This document shows positions 1 to 8,202 of a stretch of DNA of 64,000 nt, piece after piece. The position numbers were made by a program, and so were the translations under genes. The stretch's first letter is position 1, and every line of letters starts with the position of its first letter. Under the pieces are notes generated by a model, which was not told where the DNA came from, searched no databases, and saw nothing but the letters and a program-made list of their open reading frames with translations. The stretch comes from Thermoproteota archaeon (GTDB lineage Archaea > Thermoproteota > Methanomethylicia > Methanomethylicales > Methanomethylicaceae): positions 564,940-628,939 of the forward strand of contig JAJHRG010000001.1 in the NCBI GenBank assembly GCA_020832905.1, in the 5' to 3' direction.

Positions 1-9
1 TTATTTACT

Positions 10-1296
10 TCACATACTCAATGCTTGAAATACAAGTATAATGAATGGTGGTAGGAATGTAGAAATGGCAAAAGGTAGACTAATTTTTGAGAATTCCTTG
101 AAAGAAACAGAATCTCCTTCTTTTCTACAAAGACCAACTGCTACTATATTTGAAGGTGCTGAAATCATTGTAGCAGTGCTTCCTGCATATCCAGCAAACA
201 TAATTACTAAATAAAGAAATACAGGATCAACACCAATTTTAGTCGCAATTCCTTGCATTACGTAAATCATTGTTATTAAATATGGAATGTTTATGATAAA
301 TGCACAAGTTAAAAATGTAATGAGTGATACTAATATTACTATCATTATTATTTTTTCACCAGCTAATGTAACTATACTATTTGCAATTAGTTGAATTACA
401 CCTGAGACATTTAAACCACTAACCATAATGAACATTCCAGTAAGGAATAATATTGTTGGCCAGTCTACAAAAGAGAATATTTCAATTATATCAGACTTAG
501 CTATTCGACTACATATTACCCCAAGAATAGATGCTATGAACAATGCTACTATAGATTCAGGAATTTTTGTCACAGATCTAAAGCCTATGAGTGTACATAA
601 CAATATAAATCCTATGGTAGCTACTTTTGCTAAGTTTTTATTTTCAAATGAAAAATTACGTGTAACTTCTACTTTTGGTTTCTTTATATTCTTTCCAAAG
701 AAATAATAAAGATAAAGTGTTCCACCGATAGCACTTAATATTGAATAGAAAAAGAATGAAGGTGCACCTTTATAGATAAAAAATTCTGGCATAGTTAAAT
801 GTGCAAAACTACCCAAGAATACTACAGGAGGATCAGATATTAAAGTTGCATATCCAGTTATATTTACAGAAATTGCCATTGGAATTAAAACATAAGCTTT
901 TCGAATACCTGCAAGAATAGCTAATTCCAATGTTAAAGTTGATAAAGCCAACATTGTTGTAGTATTGTCAATGAAACATGATAAGAAGGATCCCATGAAA
1001 CACATAATAGTAAGTATCAATCTTACATTTCCTTTTAGAGCTTTTGTAACTTTTTGAGCAATCCATATTGGAACTCCTGATTTACTAAAATAACCAACAG
1101 TCATCATTAAGCCTGTAAGTAATCCCAAAACATTCCAATCAACTTGTGTAACAACTTCTTCTGGTTTTATGACACCAGTAAGAATCATAAGCATACCACC
1201 AATAATGGCGGCAATGCTTTTTTCAATCTTGTTGGAAACAATCAACGCTAAAGTACCAATAAATATTATAGTAGCAAGAATTTGCTCTATCGTCAT
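10..1296 (-). CDS. Polytopic anion/cation permease, ArsB/NhaD (CitMHS-like) superfamily
   Basis: 428 aa, about 12 hydrophobic segments. Composition and C-terminal block (MISAPSNIVAVG) are typical of ArsB/NhaD-type permeases. A truncated paralog remnant lies at 41.4-41.8 kb. Confidence 0.5.
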   Translation of the reverse strand: MTIEQILATIIFIGTLALIVSNKIEKSIAAIIGGMLMILTGVIKPEEVVTQVDWNVLGLLTGLMMTVGYFSKSGVPIWIAQKVTKALKGNVRLILTIMCFMGSFLSCFIDNTTTMLALSTLTLELAILAGIRKAYVLIPMAISVNITGYATLISDPPVVFLGSFAHLTMPEFFIYKGAPSFFFYSILSAIGGTLYLYYFFGKNIKKPKVEVTRNFSFENKNLAKVATIGFILLCTLIGFRSVTKIPESIVALFIASILGVICSRIAKSDIIEIFSFVDWPTILFLTGMFIMVSGLNVSGVIQLIANSIVTLAGEKIIMIVILVSLITFLTCAFIINIPYLITMIYVMQGIATKIGVDPVFLYLVIMFAGYAGSTATMISAPSNIVAVGLCRKEGDSVSFKEFSKISLPFAISTFLPPFIILVFQALSM

Positions 1297-1487
1297 AATA
1301 TTTTCTTTAATGCAAAAAGATAAATATACTTTTTCTTTCTAATAATTCCTTTTATCACTTTATTATAATAATTATACTTTTTACAATTATACTTTTGATC
1401 TATGGATACTTTTGATTATAATGATATCTAAAAATATTAGAACTTTTCCTAAAAACTAATAAGTATTTTTCTATTTTAATAAATAAT

Positions 1488-1958
1488 ATGAAATTCAAAT
1501 TATTTGATATATCAATTGAAACTCCAAAAGATTGGAGAATTAGGATAACTGAAAGTTCAAATTATGAATCTGGTAGAATGGCAGTAATATCTCCAAAAAA
1601 ACTATATATTGCAATTAGATGGCAAAATACTGATATTAAAAAAACTTCTCTTAAAGATTATATAGAAGAAGTATTAACTCAAAGAAAAGACAAGAGAATA
1701 AAAGATTTAAAGATATTAGAAAATACAGGATTTGAAAAAGAAGGTCATGAATATAGATTCATAAGAGTAAGTTTTATTTATAAAAAATTTCTAAATCCTC
1801 CAAAACCACAAGAATATATTGGATATTTGATATTATGTAAAAGAACAAATAGATTAATTGGTGCTTTTACAAATTATCCAATTGAAGCTGTAGATGAAAG
1901 TATTGAATATTTAGAAAAACCTTTAAAAAGTATTAATTGTGAATGTAATAAGCAATAA
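1488..1958 (+). CDS. Hypothetical protein
   Basis: 156-aa ORF after an AT-rich promoter-like gap. No recognisable motif. Confidence 0.35.
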   Translation: MKFKLFDISIETPKDWRIRITESSNYESGRMAVISPKKLYIAIRWQNTDIKKTSLKDYIEEVLTQRKDKRIKDLKILENTGFEKEGHEYRFIRVSFIYKKFLNPPKPQEYIGYLILCKRTNRLIGAFTNYPIEAVDESIEYLEKPLKSINCECNKQ

Positions 1959-2061
1959 ATAAAATAAAGTGAATTAATAATAATTTTCTTATAAAACTTA
2001 TTTATAGAAATAAGAAACTTTATAAGTTAAAAAAAGAATAAAAATAGACTAGGGAGTTTTT

Positions 2062-3510
2062 ATGGGGCAAGAGCTTAAAATAGGAAGAGGCCCTCCTTTA
2101 GAACTAAGAGTTCTAAATGATCCAGGACCAGTATCTATAAGAAAAATTATAGGTCCAGGGCTTATTCTTGCAGCATTAGGTGTTGGAATGGGAGAAACAT
2201 TCATGTGGCCAAGACTTGTTATTGTCTTTGGTCCTGAAATTCGTTGGATTGCAACAGTTGGTTTAATAATACAAATATTTGTTACTGCAGAAATTGCTAG
2301 ATGGACATATTTTACTGGAGAAAGTATATTTGCAGCTGCAAGAAGAATTCATCCAATTATAATGTGGTACTTTTATATTTTAGCTATTTTTGTTTATATT
2401 TGGCCAGGTCATGTAGTTACAGGTAGTGGTGCATTAGCCTTACTATTAGGAGTGGATTGGATTCCTATTGCAATAGCAAGTATAATAGCAATAGCAGCAA
2501 TATTAATTTTAGCTCCATATCAAGTCTATAAAACTGTAAAAACAATTCTAGTAATTGCTATAGCAATAATGGTTGGAGTATCATTTATTGTAGCAGTATT
2601 AGTTGGTAGACCAGAACATTGGGCAGGAGCATTATATGGTACTGTTGCATTTGGATATTGGACAGATTTAATGAGCTCAAAAACATGGCTTCCATTAATA
2701 GTTGGTGCTATGGCATTTATTGGTCCTTCAGGTATGCAACAAATGTGGTATACATTATGGGCTAGAGAAGAAAATGCAGGAATGGGTGCTTATATGCCTA
2801 AAATAACTGGATTAATATTTGGAAAGGAAGAAACATGGAGAGAAGCTGGATTTTACTTTGATGTTAATTCAGATGAGGAAATTGCAAAATGGAAGCGTTG
2901 GAGAAGATTAAATATTTATGATGCTGTAATAACCTTTGGTCTTCTCACCTACTTTACAACATTATTCTTTACAGTATTAAGCATGAAGGCTGCTGAATTA
3001 AGTCCTGAAGCTCTTTCAGCAATAAAAGCAGGTAAGACATTAGTAGCAATAAAAGCAATTGCTTCTGCATTTACTTACATTTCTCCAGTATTATATCCAT
3101 TATGGTTTATAGTAATGTTCTTAGTAGGATGGAAGATGAGCTTTGGAATATTTGATGCTTTTGCAAGAGGACAAGCAGATATGACTTTCTATTTATTCAA
3201 AAAAGCACAAAAACTTGGAATGAGAAAATGGTATTATATATGGGTTGCAATAGTTACAATTTTTGGTATAATAACTACATTAGCAGGTGCTGCAAGAGGA
3301 CCTGTATTTCTACTTGATGTATTAGCATTTATGTCACCACTAATTATGGGAAGCTACTGCTTATTACTATTATATGTAAATAATAAAATGGTTCCAAAGA
3401 GAATAAGAATGTCTTGGATTTCAACAATAGTTTTAGCAGGAGGAGCCGCATTTTACTTAGTCTCATTATTCTACTGTACATTTGTTGTAGGTGCAGTACC
3501 AACAGGATAA
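2062..3510 (+). CDS. Polytopic membrane transporter (possibly Nramp/APC-like, uncertain)
   Basis: 482 aa, 11-12 TM segments. An N-terminal GPG-containing TM resembles Nramp TM1 but lacks the DPGN motif. Confidence 0.4.
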   Translation: MGQELKIGRGPPLELRVLNDPGPVSIRKIIGPGLILAALGVGMGETFMWPRLVIVFGPEIRWIATVGLIIQIFVTAEIARWTYFTGESIFAAARRIHPIIMWYFYILAIFVYIWPGHVVTGSGALALLLGVDWIPIAIASIIAIAAILILAPYQVYKTVKTILVIAIAIMVGVSFIVAVLVGRPEHWAGALYGTVAFGYWTDLMSSKTWLPLIVGAMAFIGPSGMQQMWYTLWAREENAGMGAYMPKITGLIFGKEETWREAGFYFDVNSDEEIAKWKRWRRLNIYDAVITFGLLTYFTTLFFTVLSMKAAELSPEALSAIKAGKTLVAIKAIASAFTYISPVLYPLWFIVMFLVGWKMSFGIFDAFARGQADMTFYLFKKAQKLGMRKWYYIWVAIVTIFGIITTLAGAARGPVFLLDVLAFMSPLIMGSYCLLLLYVNNKMVPKRIRMSWISTIVLAGGAAFYLVSLFYCTFVVGAVPTG

Positions 3511-3543
3511 AATAATTCTTTTTTTTTATTTTAGGTGTTAATC

Positions 3544-3708
3544 TTGGAAAGATATGGAGAATGTGAATTTACATATGAAAAATGTAAGAAATGTGGAAGA
3601 AACTTTTATACTAGAGTAGATTCTCCAAAAGAATATTGTCCAGATTGTGAAAAAATAATAGAACTTGAAATTTTAGAAAAAAGAAAAAAATCAAAGACTT
3701 CTCCTTAA
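3544..3708 (+). CDS. Small zinc-ribbon protein (CxxC...CxxC), not in the ORF track
   Basis: TTG start 7 nt after AGGTG. 54 codons containing CKKC and CPDC pairs. Overlaps the 3' end of the convergent epimerase gene by 18 nt. Confidence 0.3.
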   Translation: MERYGECEFTYEKCKKCGRNFYTRVDSPKEYCPDCEKIIELEILEKRKKSKTSP

Positions 3709-4614
3709 CTCTATAGTAGCTTTTAAAGCTTTTTTAAAAGCTTCTTTTGCTTTTTCATTAGGAATAAAACTCAATTCTTTTCTTATTTTTTCATCATTTA
3801 ATATCCAATTACCAGTTAAGAAGCCAGGTCCTTTCCATTCTGAAGGATCTACTTCTATAATATTAGATTTTGATCCTGAAAGTTCAATAATCATTTCTAA
3901 AATTTCCTTCCAAGTAGTATTAAAACTTAAGATATTATATATCTTTCCAAAGGCATTTTTATTTAATAAAGCTAATTCAAATGCTTTTATTAAATCATTT
4001 ATATAAAGAATACTTCCTGCAGAACCTTTAGGTACATATAATACTTCATTTTTTAAAGCACTATCTATTATTTTTCTTAATGTCCCCCCTGGTATTCTTT
4101 CATCACTAAAAGCCCACCAAAATCTAAATATTGTAAATGGAAAACCTCTTTCTTTATAATATATTTCCATGGCTTTTTCTACTGCAAGTTTTGTAAGAGC
4201 ATGAGTTGGAGCTCTTGATTTTTCTACTAATAAAGGATGATCTTCTTTTATTGGAACAATAACAGGCTCTCCATAAATTACTGAGCTACTTGGAAATATT
4301 ATTTGCTTAACACCATACTGACAACATGCCTCAATAACATTTAAAAATCCAATAACATCAATTTTAAATCCATCTAGCATTTTTTCTGAAAATGACCATG
4401 CTGAATAGAATACAACATCACAACCATTTACTACATTTCTAACAGTATTTTCATCTTCTACTCCTCCAATTATGAATTTCATATTTGGATGTTCAAAGCC
4501 TTCTAATTCTCCTTTTGTTTTATCTAATACTATAACTTCATGATTTTTTTGAAGAAGTGCTTTTACTAGTCTACTTCCAACAAATCCTCCTCCACCAGTT
4601 ACTAAAATTCTCAT
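3691..4614 (-). CDS. NAD-dependent epimerase/dehydratase (SDR family, UDP-sugar epimerase-like)
   Basis: N-terminal Rossmann motif VTGGGGFVGSRL. Length 307 aa. Confidence 0.8.
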   Translation of the reverse strand: MRILVTGGGGFVGSRLVKALLQKNHEVIVLDKTKGELEGFEHPNMKFIIGGVEDENTVRNVVNGCDVVFYSAWSFSEKMLDGFKIDVIGFLNVIEACCQYGVKQIIFPSSSVIYGEPVIVPIKEDHPLLVEKSRAPTHALTKLAVEKAMEIYYKERGFPFTIFRFWWAFSDERIPGGTLRKIIDSALKNEVLYVPKGSAGSILYINDLIKAFELALLNKNAFGKIYNILSFNTTWKEILEMIIELSGSKSNIIEVDPSEWKGPGFLTGNWILNDEKIRKELSFIPNEKAKEAFKKALKATIELRRSL

Positions 4615-4663
4615 AAATATAAATTTAAATTCTTAACTATTAAAATTTTAATAGGGAAATAAA

Positions 4664-6022
4664 TTGAAAATTTGGCAAGGAGTTGAAGTAGAATACTGTG
4701 TTCCATATATTAATAGAAAAAACTATGTTAATGAATTATTAGAATCACTAAGAAATTATAAAATGCCATTAAAAAATACATCTCCTTTTCTAATGAAAAA
4801 AGATGGAAAATATACACAATTTCTTATTAATGGTGGAAGAGCATATGGAGATATAAGCTTTACACCAGGTGTATATGATATTTTAGAAATAACAACTCCA
4901 GAATGTCCAAATCCATTTTATACTCTTGCATATGAAAAAGCAACAGAAGTTTATGCAAGAATAGCATCAGATGAATTTGAAAGAACATCAGGAATGAGAG
5001 TACATTGTTATAAAATAAGTGTAGTAAAATCTGAATATGAGTATACCACTAGAGGACTTCATGAAAGTTATTTAGTAGAAAGAAAAGCTTTTGAAAATAA
5101 AATTATGGAATTAATTCCTTATTTAGTTATAAGACAAATATTTACAGGAACTGGTGGATATTATTTTGGAAGATTTTTAATATCACCAAGACAAATGTTT
5201 ATAAAATCAGTAGTTGCTGAGAAAATATTTGGAAATTGGCCATTAATTGCAGAAAGAGATGAACCACATGCAGATCCTAAATACAAAAGATTGCAAATTA
5301 CAAATGGAGAAGGAGCAAGAACTGAATGGACAATATTTATGAGACAAGCAATAACATCATATATAATTAAAGCTATTGAACTTGGATTAATAAAAGAATT
5401 ACCAAGAATTAAAGATCCTATTGAAGCTGCAAAATTAATTGCTATATCTCCAGAAGGAGATTGGAGTTTAGAATTAGAAAATGGAAAAGAAATTAAAGCA
5501 TTAGAAATTCTTTCATATTATTTAGAAGGTATAGAAAAATTATTTATGAATGAAGAAATAGATGATTATGATAAATATGCATTAAAAGAATTTAAATTTG
5601 TATTAAATAAATTAGAAGAAGGAGATTTTGAATCATTAAAAAATAGAATAGAATGGATTGTAAAACTTGAAATTTTAGAAAATAATTTTAATAAATATTT
5701 TGAAGGAAATGGAAGCGAAGAAGAAAAAATTATTGCAAATAATCAATTTTGTGCAATAACAGATGGAACTTTTGAAAGAATACAAGAAGAAATGAACTTA
5801 ATTACATTATTAAAAGATGAAGATTTATCAAAAGCAGTTCTATTTCCACCAGAAAATTCTAGAGCATATGCAAGAATAAAAATTGCTCAAATTTTAAAAG
5901 ATAAATTAGATGATATTGGATGGTCTTATATTATTGTAAATAGTAATAGATATCATATGCTAGAATTAGATGGATGGAATGATGAAAAAATTTCAAAATT
6001 TTTAAATGAAATTATTTCTTAA
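4664..6022 (+). CDS. Pup-ligase/deamidase family (PafA/Dop-like) carboxylate-amine ligase homolog, paralog 1
   Basis: 452 aa. Blocks matching my recollection of PafA: GVEVEYCV (GIETEFGV), HESYLV (HENYLI), IPYLVIRQIFTGTGG (LPFLVTRQLICGAGK), RDEPHADPKYKRLQI (RDEPHADAEKYRRLHV), IKDPIEAAKLIAISPEGD (LDNPIRAIREVSHD), IEWIVK (DWVIK). Confidence 0.75.
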   Translation: MKIWQGVEVEYCVPYINRKNYVNELLESLRNYKMPLKNTSPFLMKKDGKYTQFLINGGRAYGDISFTPGVYDILEITTPECPNPFYTLAYEKATEVYARIASDEFERTSGMRVHCYKISVVKSEYEYTTRGLHESYLVERKAFENKIMELIPYLVIRQIFTGTGGYYFGRFLISPRQMFIKSVVAEKIFGNWPLIAERDEPHADPKYKRLQITNGEGARTEWTIFMRQAITSYIIKAIELGLIKELPRIKDPIEAAKLIAISPEGDWSLELENGKEIKALEILSYYLEGIEKLFMNEEIDDYDKYALKEFKFVLNKLEEGDFESLKNRIEWIVKLEILENNFNKYFEGNGSEEEKIIANNQFCAITDGTFERIQEEMNLITLLKDEDLSKAVLFPPENSRAYARIKIAQILKDKLDDIGWSYIIVNSNRYHMLELDGWNDEKISKFLNEIIS

Positions 6023-6093
6023 TTTATAACTCTATTTATAAGAAGTTTAAACATTTAAAAAAATTTTTATAATTTTAAGAATAATTTAATATT

Positions 6094-7665
6094 ATGAAAA
6101 TATTAAAAGAAATGGCAAGAGGTTGTGAATACGAATTTAGTGTAAATAGATATCCACCAATTCTTCCTGGTATTCAACTTTCAGATATTATAGGAAGAAC
6201 AATACTTGCATTAAAAAATTTAGGATTTATATCTAAAGTAATGTGGAGTGTAGAAGATGAAATTGGAAATTTAACTTATGAACGTGGTTTATTTGATTCT
6301 TGGTTATTTGCAGAAGGACCTTATGAAATTGCTTTTAATGGAATGAGAATATATGATGATGCTCAACATTTAGAATTTTCTACTCCAGTATTTAGAAGTC
6401 CAATTGATGCAGTAGTTTATGATAAAGTTGCTGAAAGATTAGCTTTTTTAGGAATAGAACAAATAAGAAAAACTCATGGAGAATTATATTGTTATAAAAC
6501 TAATAATAGTCTATTAAAAGGATCTTATGGTTATGAAGCAGTAGCATGGGGGACTCATGGATGTTATTGTGTTAGTAGAAGAATTTTTAATTTTGAAAAT
6601 TGGAAAAATGTAGAAAAAATTCTTATTCCCTTCATTATAAGTAGAATTCCATTAATTGGTAGTGGAGGAGTATTACCTATAAGAAATGAATTTTCATTTG
6701 AACCTCCAACAAGTTCAAGATTATGTGGTGATAAAATAATATATGTAATTTCACCAAGAGCAATTTATATAAAACAATTATCATCTATTGATACTACAGT
6801 AGATCGTGGATTTTTAAATCTAAGAGATGAACCACATGCTAATCCTAATAAGTATTGGAGATTACATGATATAAATTTTGAAGCAATAAGAAGTGATTTT
6901 CAAATATTTATTAGAGATGCATTAGAAGTTTTTACATTAAGAGCAATTGAAGAAGGATTATTACAAAATCCACCAATAATTAAAGATCCAATAGAAGCTA
7001 TAAGAAAAGTTTCAATGAATATAAATGAAATTGATCAATTTATTGAATTAGAAGGAAGTAATAAAGCAAGATTACTATCAGATATACTTTCATATTATAT
7101 TTCTGCAATTGAAAAACTAATAGAATTAAGAGGAGATAATGAAGACCATAAAGTTTTTAAGGTTATAGAAAGTGTAATTCAGAAACTAAAAGAAGGATTA
7201 TTTGAATATTTAAATGGAGCTATTGATTGGATTGCAAAAATGATGCTAATAGAAGAATATAATGCTAAAGATATGGATATGGCTATTATATGTAATCAAT
7301 ATGGATTATTAGATGAAAATACAGGTTTTTATGAAGGAAGAATAGAAAAAGGTGATACTTTATTTGATCCTGAATCTTCCTTAGCTTTTCTTGAAGAAGT
7401 ATTTCCTTTTGTAAAATCAATAAAAGAGAAAATAAAGTATGGTATGAATAATCCTCCTACAGATACTAGAGAATATTTAAGAACAAATATTTTAAAAGAA
7501 CATGAATCAGAAATAATAAAAATGAATTGGTGGAAAATTTACTTTAAAGGAGGTTTAATTACTTTAGATGAGCCATTAAGATATGGAAAAGAAGAAAGTG
7601 AAGAAATTTTAAAGATAAAAGACTTAAAAAAATTATCTGAAGTTATAAGAGGTGAAGCTAAATGA
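6094..7665 (+). CDS. Pup-ligase/deamidase family (PafA/Dop-like) homolog, paralog 2 (longer, Dop-like length)
   Basis: 523 aa. The same conserved blocks are present: CEYEFSV, IPFIISRIPLIGSGG, RDEPHANPNKYWRLHD, IKDPIEAIRKVS, IDWIAKMM. It is about 70 aa longer than paralog 1, as Dop is relative to PafA. Confidence 0.75.
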   Translation: MKILKEMARGCEYEFSVNRYPPILPGIQLSDIIGRTILALKNLGFISKVMWSVEDEIGNLTYERGLFDSWLFAEGPYEIAFNGMRIYDDAQHLEFSTPVFRSPIDAVVYDKVAERLAFLGIEQIRKTHGELYCYKTNNSLLKGSYGYEAVAWGTHGCYCVSRRIFNFENWKNVEKILIPFIISRIPLIGSGGVLPIRNEFSFEPPTSSRLCGDKIIYVISPRAIYIKQLSSIDTTVDRGFLNLRDEPHANPNKYWRLHDINFEAIRSDFQIFIRDALEVFTLRAIEEGLLQNPPIIKDPIEAIRKVSMNINEIDQFIELEGSNKARLLSDILSYYISAIEKLIELRGDNEDHKVFKVIESVIQKLKEGLFEYLNGAIDWIAKMMLIEEYNAKDMDMAIICNQYGLLDENTGFYEGRIEKGDTLFDPESSLAFLEEVFPFVKSIKEKIKYGMNNPPTDTREYLRTNILKEHESEIIKMNWWKIYFKGGLITLDEPLRYGKEESEEILKIKDLKKLSEVIRGEAK

Positions 7666-7757
7666 GTGATATTTTACCATCTTTTAAGAAAAAAGAAAAA
7701 GTAGATAAAAAGTTAAAAAAAGAACATGCTGAACTTATTGCTCCACCTGGTGAATAA
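7662..7757 (+). CDS. Small ORF (31 aa, MSDILPSFKKKEKVDKKLKKEHAELIAPPGE) ending in Gly-Glu; candidate Pup/UBact-like modifier
   Basis: ATG overlaps the stop of the upstream Dop-like gene (ATGA). SD GGTGA lies 6 nt upstream. The C-terminal GE resembles mature Pup (GGE). Not in the ORF track because it is below the length cutoff. Confidence 0.4.
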   Translation: MSDILPSFKKKEKVDKKLKKEHAELIAPPGE

Positions 7758-7762
7758 TAAAC

Positions 7763-7791
7763 TTTTTTAATTATTTTTTATAATTAAAAAA
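7763..7791 (+). terminator. Inverted repeat TTTTTTAATT/AATTAAAAAA plus T-rich tract downstream of the small ORF
   Basis: Perfect 10-nt inverted repeat with a 9-nt loop, followed by oligo-T. A 16-nt palindrome TATAAACATGTTTATA sits at 7828-7843. Confidence 0.3.
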
Positions 7792-7893
7792 TTTTTAATG
7801 AAATTATTTAATTAAGTCAATAATCATTATAAACATGTTTATAACTGATTAATTTTTATAGAAATATTTTTATAGCTTTTTAAAAAATTTAAA

Positions 7894-8193
7894 TTGGGGG
7901 TTCTGGTGCCAGAAATAATACTTCGTATAAAAACATCTGATATTAAAGGCAATATAGGTCTTCTAAATCCACAAGATTTATCAAAACTTGGTGCAAAGGA
8001 AGGAGATGAAATAGAATTGTATTCAACTTCAAGAGCATGGACTATAAAGACAAAATCTGATTCTTCAGTACCTATAGGAGAAGTAAGAGTAAGCACAGAC
8101 GTTCTGAGAAGACTTGATGTAGAAGATGGAAGTGAAGTAAGAGCTTATTGGGCTCCTCCAGTAGTAGAAGAAAAATATGAACCCCCACCATGA
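7894..8193 (+). CDS. Stand-alone Cdc48/VAT N-terminal-like (double-psi beta-barrel) domain protein
   Basis: IILRI...G.IGL...LSKLGAKEGDEIEL...IGEVRVSTDVLRRLDVEDGSEVRA follows the VAT-Nn pattern (ILRV...SRVRLD...LG..GD.VEIE...G.IRID...G.S.GD.V.V). The likely start is GTG at 7906, after a GGGGG run. Only 9 nt separate it from the OFOR gene. Confidence 0.45.
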   Translation: MGVLVPEIILRIKTSDIKGNIGLLNPQDLSKLGAKEGDEIELYSTSRAWTIKTKSDSSVPIGEVRVSTDVLRRLDVEDGSEVRAYWAPPVVEEKYEPPP

Positions 8194-8202
8194 GGTGAGA
8201 TT

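Noticed and set aside
428-706. 92-aa ORF on + strand inside the permease gene
   Set aside because: It is embedded antisense to a 428-aa membrane protein gene with good coding character. It is a low-complexity artefact of AT-rich sequence.
4664-7665. Interpreting the PafA/Dop-like pair as ordinary glutamine synthetase or gamma-glutamylcysteine ligase genes
   Set aside because: Their lengths and the specific conserved blocks (RDEPHAD..Y.RLH, D.PI.A.R.VS, DW(I/V)(I/A)K) match the Pup-ligase family rather than the GS or GCS2 signatures. This still needs profile confirmation.
7894-8193. 99-aa protein as the missing OFOR delta (ferredoxin) subunit
   Set aside because: It has no Cys motifs. The delta-type 2x[4Fe-4S] domain is already present as the C-terminal half of the 8203-9264 product.
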